Of a stretch of 64,000 bases of DNA, positions 50,801-62,700 are shown in pieces. The DNA comes from Ostrea edulis (lineage: Eukaryota). Both the position numbers and the translations under genes were made by a program. The notes under the pieces were generated by a model. It had not been told where the DNA came from. It ran no database searches and saw only the letters and a program-made list of their open reading frames with translations. The stretch lies in NCBI RefSeq assembly GCF_947568905.1, contig NC_079168.1, forward strand, positions 18,166,001-18,230,000. The letters are read 5' to 3'. The number at the start of each line of letters is the position of its first letter. The first letter of the stretch is position 1.

Positions 50801-53800
50801 AACACGGACCACAGGACACACCAGAGGTGGGATCAGGTACCTAGGAGGAGTAAGCATCCCTTATCGACCGGTCACATATATAATTTCGAAAGATATTTGT
50901 GTACAGATTTAATTGTTCAATATTTACATCACACGTTTCACGATAACCCTCCAGTATGAAAGGTGAAGATAACAAACAGTGATCAATCTCATAACTCCTA
51001 TAAGCAATACAAAATAGATAATTGGGTAAACACGGAAACCTGGACACACCAGAGGTGGGATCAGGTGCCTAGGAGGAGTAAGCATCCCCTGTCGACCGGT
51101 CACAACCGCTGTGAGCCCTATATCTTGATCAGGTAAACGGAGTTATCCGTAGTCAAAATCAGTGTGCCAAGAACGGCCTAACAATCGGTATGAAACACGT
51201 CAGACAGCATCTGACCCAATGATAGGTTATATTGGCAAACTAGATCGTTATAACGACCATAGAATTTGCCGGGTTATGGGAATTTCACAGTAAATTTAAA
51301 AATGGAAGAAAAATTCGGAGAACTTGGATATTTGGAAGAAGTTTACTTACAAATTCGATAGTGAGATAGAAGATTCCTTCTCTGATACTAGTGACGTAGG
51401 CGCGTCTTTAAATAATAAAGTTTTTAAAAAATGATTGAAGAAATGGAGAAAAAACTAAGAGCAGAAAATTCTGAAAATACTATGATTGAGGACCCAAAGC
51501 GATTCAATAATAATAATTAAAAAAAAAAAAGAAAAAAAAAAGAAATAAAATATCTACAGGATAGTCAACGGTTTAGCTCTACAAAACGGGGTACCTGTAA
51601 AGTGCGAAACGAAATCGAAACGAAACGAAATCTACCGAAACAAAACGAAATCTACCTAAACGAAACGAAACGAAAACCACCGAAACGAAACCTACCGAAA
51701 CAGATTGTATAACCGAACTCTTTTAATTATAATAATTAAAAATGGTATCTTAGGCCCCTGTGAAAGTTACCACATATAAAATTCGCCTCCCCTTTGATGT
51801 AGGCTTTCGGCTTGACTGTTACAAAGTTTTAAAAATTGGAAAGGGGGGGGGGGGGTAAGCACAAAGTACATATCCGTAGTTGATTAAATGACATGTACAA
51901 TTAGTTTTGGATCCATAAATTTCAGAACCGAGGGTTACAGTCTCAGAGATCTGGGGAAACACACTATACGAGGTGTGGGATCGCCGACGTTGGATCCGGC
52001 TTTGGGCATAGATACATTGTTTGAAGAAGCTCGTGTCTGAGAAAATTGAAAGCAGGAATACCTCTTAACCTCTTATTTTATCTCTACCTGCTGAGGTGCG
52101 AGTACTTTCAATAATGGAAAAACTCTATACCTTTGGGGTGTTGCTAAGACGGGGAATTGAAAACGGGACGGAAAACGGAATTTTTTTAATGCAATAATAT
52201 TAGGAGGAGGTCGGCATTTTGTAAACTGAAAAGGCTTAAGAACGAGGGAATTTTAAGCAGAAATCACAAAGAGAACGGGAGGACATATTCAGAATCCACC
52301 GTTTGATATACTACATACAAATACACAATATCCACATGTATACATATATTTGTCTTAAGAATAAAAATACTGAAACATGTATTTATGTCCAAAAGCGGAT
52401 CCAACGCCGACGACCCCATCCCTCGTTTAGTGTGTTTCCCCAGACCTCTGACCTGTGAGACTGTAACCTTCCGTTCTGAAATTTATGGATCCGAAGCTAA
52501 TTGCACATGATATTTATGTACTTTGTGCTTACCCCCCGCCCTTTCCAACTTTTAAAACTTTGTATCAGTCAAGCCGAAAGCCTACATCAAAGGGGAGGCG
52601 AATTTTATTTATATGTGTTAACTTTAACAAGGGCCTAAGATACCATTTTTAATTATTATAATTAAAAGAGTTCGATTATACAATCTGTTTCGTTTCGTTT
52701 CGGTAGGTTTCGTTTTGTTTCGGTGGGTTTCGTTTCGTTTCGGTAGATTTCGTTTCGTTTCGCACTTTACAGGTACCCCTACAAAACGGAATACAAAATG
52801 GGGTGTGAAAATAATTCAAGGTAAGCTATGAGCGAAGCTGGGTAGAATTACGCCATATTAGGTAAATAAGTACAGTAGTACGACATAAATGAGTTCGCAA
52901 AATGGCCGACCGTCACGTCAATCGCAATAACACCTGAAATATTCTAAGCGCCTGTTTTGTATCAATAACAGAAAATTCACTTACCAAATGGACTTAATAC
53001 TTCGTAATATGACCTCGGATACGTAACACACTGCGAATTCTCCTTGGAAGAGTGTTATAAAGACTCCGAATATAATGTAAAGGGAGGTCACTCCAAAATA
53101 TCACGGACAACTCTCTCCAGGTCTTTGGCATTTCGGATCTCATTTGTCCGTCTCTGTACCCGAAGTTTTAACACTTTCCAGACATTTTCAATAATGTTAA
53201 TGTCTGGACTCTGTGGAGGCCATGGAAGTGTACTGATATCATTGCCCTGCTTCCACTGATTTGAGCGCAAAGATACGTGGCAAGGAGCATTGTCCTCTTG
53301 AAAGATCCAGCGGCGATTTGTAAAGTTTCGCGCAACAACTGGCCAGAGACATTCATCAAGAACTTCCATATATTTATCACTGTTCATGTTACCATTCACA
53401 GCTTTTAAAGTTCCAACACCATAGTAAGATATACAATCCCAAAACATAACAGAAGCTCAACATTGTGTCTCTCTGTCACTGCGTAGTCCTAAACATTCGC
53501 GGCGTAATCTTTCCTCGGATTTTCTCCAAACATAAATTTTATTATCCCGACCAAGTTCAATTTTAGTCTCATCACTGAAAATGATGGAAGACCAGTGGTT
53601 ATCAACAGTCCAGTGTTATTTTTGCCGACAAAATCTAGTCCTTTTCTCCCGATTCACACGCGATATTGTTATTTTCTTGGAAACAACACACCGTTTATAG
53701 CCATCCTCGAATAATCGTCTACTCACAGTTCTGGTTGATACATTGCATCCTGTCCTCGCATTAAATCTGCTTGTAACATCTTTTAAAGTCTGACGCCGGT

Positions 53801-56800
53801 TGTTTTTTATGCTACGAAATTGGATTCTGTCATCACGCGGTGTCGTTTTTCTCCTGCTTCCACCTCGAGGTAAGTTTTCTATGTTGCCCCTTTCTTTCAC
53901 ACGCTTCAGAAATTTCTGAACTGTTCTGCCGTTTATCCCTGTTATTTCCTCAATTTTATAACTCGACAATCCATCATTTGACATTTGTACAATGATATCT
54001 TTCTGCTCTCTTGTCAATTCCTTGCCGTGCGGTGCCATTTTGCTATGCAGACGATATTTATTTATCAAAGGGAGATAATTCAAAAACTCAATGAAACGAA
54101 AGTAGAAAATAACTACAAAAATACCGGGAACACATTTTTATTCAGGATAACAACGAATGTATCGTGTATCTCATTCTGTAATACGCAGGACGCGTGCGAG
54201 AGTTTACAACGTCGGCCATTTTGCAAACTCATTTATGTCGTGCTACTGTAGTCATCGGAACGAGGGCTCAGTCCGTAGTTATTCAAGGGAATGCACAAAT
54301 TATCAAAAACTTGCAATGAACAAAACTTTGTCTAATATAGTCTCGGCTAATAATAATGACAATCTATCCAATGATAGTGAGAAATTGATTAAGTGTGTCA
54401 GGTACCCACACTTTGAATCTGTCTACGTTCAATTTACAGGCCGTAAACGTTCCTTCAGCCCCAAATGCGAGTCTGATCGACAATTCTGTTTTTAAAAACT
54501 GTTCTTTTAATATACATATGTCCTAAACTGAGTATCTTGCAGTAAATCATTGAAAACTGCAATTGCTGTTGATTTCTGCTGGCGGCCGAAATGCGTGTAA
54601 ATTACTCCGCGGATCCCCAGCCGTTAATACATTCTAATTTCTATTTTGACAGTGTTGCTGATAAATTTCATGGAAAATTCACAGCTTTTAGTTTGTAATT
54701 GAATTATAAGCATTAAATATATAAATTTTGTTCATGGAGAAATTAATATAAAAACCGAATCGCAAACTATTTTATGAAAGCCATCGGCTTTCAAAAAGTT
54801 TGCGATTCGGTTTTTAAATTCATTTCTCCATGGACAAAATGATTTATTCATTCCTATAATAATTTTAGGATATGAAGGGGAAGTTAACTGGAGCAATTGG
54901 AGTGACTTCAGTTCATGTTCTGTGACATGTGGACTGGGAATAATGATCAGAGAAAGGACGTGTTATGGACACGGGGAGCATACCCCCCACCACACACCTT
55001 CCTGTCATGGCCACTCACGCGAACATCAACACTGCAGGAAACCTGATTGCCTAAGTAAGAATCTTTTTTAATTTCCTGGAGTATATATTGTTATATAAAT
55101 ATCAAAACTCTTACATTTTCATCACTGAAACATGGAAGAAAATAAAGTTGTCTCACATCTTTTATTTTCGTATATATAAAGCTTAAGAACAATCTTCATT
55201 TGTTAAGAGAGAGATATACAGCTTGTACAATTCTTTCTTATATACACAAGGCTCGTGTCATGTTTGCGTTTACACACATGTATATACTAGTGAATGTTTC
55301 GTTTAAAGCAGATTTTTTTCTTCAATTTACAAGTTGTCCCGTGGGGATCCGGGTTAGAATAGGTCCTCATTACCCCTTGCTTGTCGTAAAGGGCGATTAA
55401 ATGGGACAGTCCTTCGGATGAGACACAAAAACCGAGGCACAATGAAGATCCCTCCCTGCTCAAAGGCAGTAAGCGCTGAGCATAGGCCTAAATTTTGCAG
55501 CCCTTCACCGGCAATGGTGACATCTCCATATGAGTGAAAAATTCTCAATAGGAACGTTAAACAATACAATACACAACCAACCGTCAATTCTGAATACAAT
55601 TAAACAGTGTCTAGTGTTTTTGTCACATTTCTTTAATTATAAACATATTTTCTATTAGGCAATCTATACATAATCAAAAACATGGCACGAACTTTGTTTA
55701 CATAACAAAGAATTGCGAGTGATGTGTCTCAACTGTACATGTTACTCAACAACTAATATTCAAATTTTCGCTGACCACTAGAAATACCTTAGATAAGCAT
55801 TGTAAACATTAAAAATAAGAAAATAAAAATTGAAAGTCTACAGTTCAAATCTTGTCCATGTCCCTTTAAGATGAAACACTTTATCGTCTGCTTCGTTTCT
55901 CTTTGTAGAGGTCACATGCATCACGTGTTTTTTTTATCTTTACTATTTTTTTTTTAACTTTAAAAACACATCAAGTGCTTTAAATAACATAGCTTCTTTT
56001 TTTAATCTTTTAGATACATAATCATTATTATCTACATTGCGTCTTTTAGGGATGGACAATGGTACAAGTTGTGCACCTTTTTAAAATGTTATATCTTACT
56101 ATCACCAGTATGTTTTGTAATACTTTTCATCAGGATAACATTTATAGGGAAAAACCCCCAACTCATTTCAAGCTGGGACGAGTTTCAAACTACATTCAAT
56201 TGAGATCCCGCCCTGCTCAATGACCATAAACGCCGAGCATAGGCCTAAATTTTGCAGCCCTTCACCGGCAGTTGTGACGTCTCCATATGAGTGAAATATT
56301 CTCGAGAGGGACGTTAAACAATAATCAATCATACTAGTTAAAGTGTCGGATTTGGATATAGATACGAGGTCACGTTATTATTTAAACGTAATAATTTCCA
56401 GTGTTCGTGCATTTTGGAAATGAATTTCATTTTCGGTATATACATGAGGCAATAGGATCACGCGCTCGTCCTTTTTCGTAACCGGTAAGAAGACTCGGTT
56501 CATTTGCGGTTACGGAAATAGCCGAATAGTTACGATTGATACACTGTATGAGGGTGACAGTATGATGTGTATACTTCATAGAGCGCGTTAGTGCTTCTTT
56601 AAAAAAAACATGCCGGTGTGAAGCAATGCTGTTCTTACCCTCGTGTATTTTCAAAAATGAAATGTATTTCTTATATTTACATTCTATTTATTGCTGTGGC
56701 AGAATTCCCTGCAGTTAAAATAGTTGTACTATATTTATCATTCAAGATTCATACGCATAGAGAAATGGCTATCATTTCAGTTGGTAAAGATATCAAAAGC

Positions 56801-59724
56801 AAAAGCATTGGATACATTGTAAAAATTATAAAATATGACGACCACCAAGTCACCCCATTCCACCTCCGGTAAAAAGACAATTCTACCACGGTTATGGCAA
56901 AGATCAAATGAATGTCGCAGTCATTCTCCAATATACCGTCATACGTAATAACTGATCATGGTTATGAGAAAATTGCTACGCATCTCACTTGCATTTCATA
57001 TTATGCTTGTACAACAATAGAATCGATAACTGATAATCCAGTTTTATTATGTTTCATGATAAAATAGTGGTCCCTGAAAAATGTGCAATTTGATATTTGA
57101 ATTTATATTGCAATGTGGTAAGATACATTATATGAATGAGAGTTTTGTCATGGGAGGAAAAATAATTGGTTCATCTAATGCTGACATTGAAAGGGAAAAT
57201 GTTGACAAAACTTAAACAATTATCTTTATTCATAATACACTGTTGATATATATGTTTATTAGGGGCTTCAGTTGTCTCTATGAGCTATGGGTGTTTCTTA
57301 ATGAGGGTCTTGTTTCCTTGGGGGGCAATATGTCTTGGTGGCGAGTTATATTCTGATTCCAACCTACACGATTCCGTAGATTAAGACTCGTGTGTCACAT
57401 AGCGTTAATTCTGATATGTCTATTCTCTGTTCTCCATCTAGCGTCACATCTAATGACGGGAGGTTTACATCGATGATCGGGCGTTTTGTCGATGATCGTG
57501 CGGTTTGTCGATGATCGTGCGTTTTGCAACGGAGTTTGTTGATTTTGCAACTGAGTCTTTTGATTTTTATAAGGTATTCAATATATAACGACCAAAAATT
57601 CATATCTAGTAAAGGGATGGTGGGATTTTTGTAACCATTAGTATCATTTTGAAGGGTTCATCAAATCAAAATAATCCACCAAAGGAATTTTAAAAATTTT
57701 GTTTACTACTTGATTCATTTCACCTAAAATTCAACATTGAGGTCCATGGGAAGAGCATGTTTTATTACAATATTTTTCAAAGAAATCATATTTTCATACA
57801 AATCTCTTGCATGGTAGAAATTTACATAAACTTTCTCTATGAAAATATTGAATGATATTAATCACGCATTTTTAGAGAATAAGATTTTTTATTTGGACAT
57901 ATTTTATTGTCTAGATGTTATAACAAAAATATTGAGCTTAAGTTCGTATATAAGATTTTTGTTATTTTTACAAAGGACAAATAACACTTCAAAAATGTCT
58001 CAAGTGCAAATAGGTCGGCTTCTAATCATAACTCATCTACAATGTACTTCACTTTCATCATTATTTAACAATAAACATTTAATGTTGACACTGAATACCT
58101 TAAGCTAGTCTTTTATGTACTATTCAGTTACTTTTCTGTACTAAATCAGTCCTGTGAGTCGGAGCCATAGATTACATGATATTTTTTTGGATGACGAATT
58201 TGAATCGTTTGGCATGTTTACAATTATTTTCCCATCCAAAATGTTACCATTTGCAAAGTTTTGGACTTTTCCTGTCACATCTATTATTGTGGCTTCACTG
58301 TTGTTTAATGTGTTTTGAAAGGCAACATTATTTTCAGTGAATTGAAACCGAGTGGCTGATACGCATCGTTGTAAAGATGTTAAATTAGAGAGAATGTTGA
58401 AATATTCCTGTGTGATTGATTGACTGTATCATGTTTAACGTCCCTCTCTAGAATTTTTCACTCATATGGAGACGTTACCAAGACCGGTGAAGGGCTTCAA
58501 ATTTAGGACTATGCTCGGCGCTTACGGCCATTGAACAGTGAGGGTCTTCTAGCGTGCCACCCCTACTGTGACACGGGGCATCCCGTTTTTAAGGTCATCT
58601 CCGAGGACCCGTGACATTCACACCTGATGCCGAGCGTTTGGCGATGGAACTGTCACTACCCGTTTTAACGACTTAGGTCTCTCGCGGCCGGGATTCGAAC
58701 CCCGACCTTCTGCATGTGTGTAATTCATTTAAATTGCTGTGGTTATTGATTGATTGGGTATATTTGTGGCCAATTATCTGCATATTTTGGTTGTCAGACA
58801 TGTTATTTTTACTTAATTTTCGAACTAAATCGTTTGAGAGCAAGTTGTGATTTCTTATGCCCCCAAGAATAGCCCTGCTGCAACTGGCTTTCTTTTCATG
58901 ATATACAGTTATTGAGGATTTCGCTCTCTGACATGTTTGTAAACAAACTATTTAAAATTTACGTACATTTGTGACGTCACGCGCGGCGTAGGAAAACAGT
59001 GTAATAAGAATTTATGTAATGGATGATATCCATTGTATAGCCTAGAGGTGTGATAAAAAGGCGTAATAACGGGAATGAAATTAATATTCATTAACATGTA
59101 CCTACTAAGGCCAAAGGCTTAATAAAACGTTTGTACATGTTCTTTATAGTCAATGGAGGGTGGAGTCATTGGGGAAGTTATGGTGATTGTTCCGTGACGT
59201 GTGGTCATGGAACCATGATTAGAACACGGACATGTACACATCCTGCGCCTGCGCACGGTGGAGCTGATTGCGTGGGCTCTCCAACTCAACAATATAGATG
59301 TGTAAAGACCCATTACTGTCCAAGTAAGACTTGTTAGTTACATTTAGGGACAGAAAATAAGAAATATGTTCATGACCACTCTGAAAAGAAATATTCTAAA
59401 ATGCTTACATACATGCAGTAAAGCGAAACTACACTGTAGAGGCGTAAAAATTAGATACATAAAAAAGGGTGTAATGACGGGAATGGATAACGCTTACGTA
59501 CATATACAAGACCAAAGGCTTAATTAAACGTTTGTACATGTTTTTTACAGCCAATGGAGGGTGGAGTCATTGGGGAAGGTTTGGTGATTGTTCCGTGACG
59601 TGTGGTCATGGAACCATGATTAGAACACGGACATGTACACATCCTGCGCCTGCACACGGTGGAGCTGATTGCGTGGGCTCTCCAACTCAACAATATAGAT
59701 GTGTAAAGACCCATTACTGTCCAA
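47803..59724 (+). CDS. Secreted or surface thrombospondin type-1 (TSP1/TSR) repeat protein, 3' end not found. Exons 47803-47851 (signal peptide), 54869-55054, 59150-59323, 59551-59724
   Basis: MILLVMYLNIINNIIWG|GTAAGT (phase 1) followed by three symmetric phase 1-1 exons with WSxW..CSVTCG.G...R.RTC motifs and canonical AG/GT sites. The signal-exon link is inferred from phase. Confidence 0.8.
49153..49557. mobile_element. Non-autonomous DNA transposon remnant (hAT-like ends)
   Basis: Short TIR-like ends agtggcggattt..gaatccgcccct. Confidence 0.5.
50230..50453 (+). mobile_element. 3' tail of a LINE/SINE
   Basis: tgtaaagcacctttgagc..gtgctatataaatatagtattattattatta terminal pattern. Confidence 0.5.
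50735..51268 (-). mobile_element. Two tandem Penelope-like 3' terminal repeats (50735-50875 and 50960-51268)
   Basis: Both are reverse-strand copies of the terminal repeat. Tandem partial repeats are typical of Penelope-like elements. Confidence 0.75.
51588..52779. mobile_element. ~1.2-kb foldback (MULE-like) element with long TIRs and subterminal (CGAAA)n
   Basis: Ends ggggtacctgtaaagtgcgaaacg / cgtttcgcactttacaggtacccc. Arms ~400 bp. TSD of 8-10 bp around tacaaaac. Confidence 0.9.
52873..54248 (-). mobile_element. Full-length Tc1-family (DD34E) transposon; transposase 54038-52994 is inactivated
   Basis: ~38-bp TIRs cagtagtacgacataaatgagttcgcaaaatggccgac with TA TSDs. Motifs FSDETK, FQEDNAPCH, SPDINIIENVW. 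Two in-frame stops (53616, 53457) and one +1 frameshift near 53095. Confidence 0.93.
54720..54860. mobile_element. Hairpin end of a non-autonomous element (Crypton-like)
   Basis: Inverted repeat ttttgttcatggagaaat..aaaaaccgaatcgcaaact / agtttgcgattcggttttt..atttctccatggacaaaa centred on aagccatcggctt. Confidence 0.55.
55337..55582 (+). mobile_element. SINE copy; further copies at 56202-56330 (+) and 38544-38625 (-)
   Basis: Same body as 22926-23187. Confidence 0.8.
58413..58716 (-). mobile_element. tRNA-derived SINE copy
   Basis: Reverse complement of the SINE at 22461-22780, with B box ggttcgaatccc. Confidence 0.85.
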
Positions 59725-59780
59725 GTAAGACTTGTTAGTTACATTTAGGGACAGAAAATAAGAAATATGTTCATGACTAC
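59055..59780 (+). repeat. 401-bp tandem duplication carrying a TSP1 exon
   Basis: Exons 59150-59323 and 59551-59724 are near identical at an offset of 401, and the similarity extends into the introns. Confidence 0.95.
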
Positions 59781-62700
59781 TGTAATAGTACTAAGCCTTC
59801 CATAACTGCAACACCACCAATCCCAGTTCCAAGACGATCAGCAGGGAACAAGACGAAACCCGCTTGGACAAAGGATTTTGTGATGATGAACCAGACAGTG
59901 CCTGAGTGGTTGCAGAGAGCAAAGTTCATGAAGGAGTTGATAGATAAAGGTTCCTTTAATGGATTAGATTCTTCAGTAGAAGGATTTTGTAGTCTGCTGT
60001 CAGTATTAAACTCTTTCTCAAAATCACGTCTATTCAAATGTATGTCTACCTAGCTTCTGAATAATATTCAGATACTCAAAACTGGCGGTAAAACTATAGA
60101 ACCGAGAAAACCAACCAAATGCAACTTGACAATCACTGACCAATAAAAACCCTTCATACAAAATGACCACACTCAGATCCATGACCAAAGCCCCCAAGGT
60201 ATATAAATTGTAAGTGTACCTTTGTGTAGTGATGTAAATAAAGGGGTGGATCTAAGATATAAATATGTATGAATATAAAAACATATATTTGTCAGTAATG
60301 GATTGTCAAAACTTAGTACTATTACAACCTCCCCCCAGTTACAGAATGACGTCCGCGTCATTCACCTGGACAGTTGTAAATATACTAAAAAAAGTACATA
60401 CTTACCAGTAATGCAAATACCTAGTAAACAATTCAAGCAGCATAAAAGTACTTCTAATTTACAAGCTAAAATCAATGTGATGCAGATACAATGTTCACAA
60501 GTGCCATCTGGTATACTGAAGAATCTAATCCATTAAAGGAACCTTTATCTATCAACTCCTTCATGAACTTTGCTCTCTGCAACCACTCAGGCACTGTCTG
60601 GTTCATCATCACAAAATCCTTTGTCCAAGCGGGTTTCGTCTTGTTCCTTGCTGATCGTCTTGGAACTGGGATTGGTGGTGTTGCAGTTACGGAAGGCTGA
60701 ACATCATCATCATCAAGGTCATCTTCATCATCATGATCACCATGATCGACTTCTTCACCATGATTAACTTCATCATAATCACCGTCATGCCGATCCTCAG
60801 TCTCATCATCCTGACGAGGAGCGTCCTCCTCTGGATCAATATCCGGAGCATCTCCTATCGACGACTGGTCGTCACCATCTCGACAGGAGGAACTTTCAAC
60901 GGAGTTCTCATAAATCATTGTAGGGAGACCTACAAAAGAAAACTCACTTTCTGAATCAGAAATAGAAACAGTATCATTAGAACTTATACTTACTTCTGAT
61001 TTTCTGTCTGCCTTTCTTCTCCTCACAGGTTTAGGGGGTGGAGGTGGAACTGTTGGGAATTTGGATCCTATCGGCAACAAAAGATTCCTATGTAGTGTTC
61101 TACATTTGCCTTCGCCATCCTCCCGTTTAACCTTGTAGACAGGAATGTCTTCATTGTCTTGATATAGTATGACATAAGGATTGCCTTCCCACTTATCCGC
61201 AATCTTATGTCTTCCGTCATAGGCCACTATCCTCACCAGTACCCGGTCTCCTACTTTCAAAGTGGATGCACGTGCCTTCAGGTCATAATTACCCCTTTGA
61301 CGTTGCTGGGAGAACTGTGTAGCCTTCTGGGCCTGTTTGTAAGCTTCCTGTAATCGCTCCTTCATCTTGGTTATGTACTTGGTAGTGCACTGGTTCTCAT
61401 CAATAGCATGGTGAATGGCTTCAGGATGGTAGGATTCATTCATAAGACATTCCACCTCATACTTCCAGAGTTCATAGGTAGATTCACTTTTGACATCTCC
61501 TGAGAAAGTAGAAATTCTTGGGTAATAGTGCTGATTTGCAGGTTTCCCATAAAAATTTGAAGGTGGTGGCAGTGGATAACTCGCAGGCATGGCATGGGTT
61601 TGTGGTTCCTTCTTTACTGTAGATCCTGGGGTATTATCCATGGAACTCAAACAATGCAAAAAATCCTCAGGGGTGTCTGCCTTTGGATTTACCTTTAATG
61701 CTTTGAAAGCAGAAACAATGTGGAGTCATGAAATCTTCTTTCAACTCCATCGCATCCTCATTCTGGACGGTTGCCTCCACTTTCTGGTCCATGGGTTCTG
61801 CTTCCTTTTCAGGGATTGACATGGTTGTAAGAGTGTTTAATTAATGTATGATAACAAACTGTTCAACAACACAATATCACTACTGAATATATTTGCAAAT
61901 TTTCTGCAGCAATAAAAAAAAATGCTTTGGGCAAATAATTATTGTCAGGAATTTTATTTGAAATAAGGAGGGTAGTCCACCGAGAACTAAATAAATGTGG
62001 GCAAAATTAAAGCTTTAAACTGAAATATACCACACTAGTTGTTAACTAGGAGGGTAGTTCACTATAATGAACCGTAAATACAAGGGCTAACTAACCAAAA
62101 CGAAACTAGAAATGCACTTCCGGTAATATGATTCGTTTCCAGTAACCGACGAATTGATTATTAAATTAATTCAATGCAACGCAAGTAAGAATGAAAACAA
62201 CAACTGAGCAACACGAGGCAATCAGCTGATATATTTACAAGTCTAAATAAATGTTTAATTTACCTGAAATAACACCTGAAATGAAACAGACTCATTACGG
62301 CTGACATAAGTAAACACATGATTTAATGCTGAAAATAAATAAACCACAAACAACAAAGAAATGTTGAGAAATATATCAAAAATTAATAAAATCACATAAT
62401 AGACACACTAATTTCATCTACATAATGCTAATTCTGTTTCATATGATAATTTTTACTTACTGATTTTCCACAATGAATGCAACTTGCCATGGCAAAAATT
62501 CTTGGTATAATGATAGAAATGGACATAGTTTGGACGTTAGTAAATTAATATACTGTATAGTATTCATTAATTTCAATTCAATTGCTCATCGTTAAAAGAG
62601 AGTATGCTCTGATCAATCGTCCCGACCACTGTTGCCATATACATGTATAAACATCCAAAAAATGTTGATCAAAATGAACATACCTTGGGCGTCGGTAAAT

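Noticed and set aside
56040-56090. Possible extra TSP1 exon starting DGQW
   Set aside because: No WSxW/CSVTCG follows and the frame closes quickly.
58148-58170. Third SCE-type membrane-protein exon (cag|TCC TGT GAG)
   Set aside because: A stop occurs after six codons and there is no TM segment.
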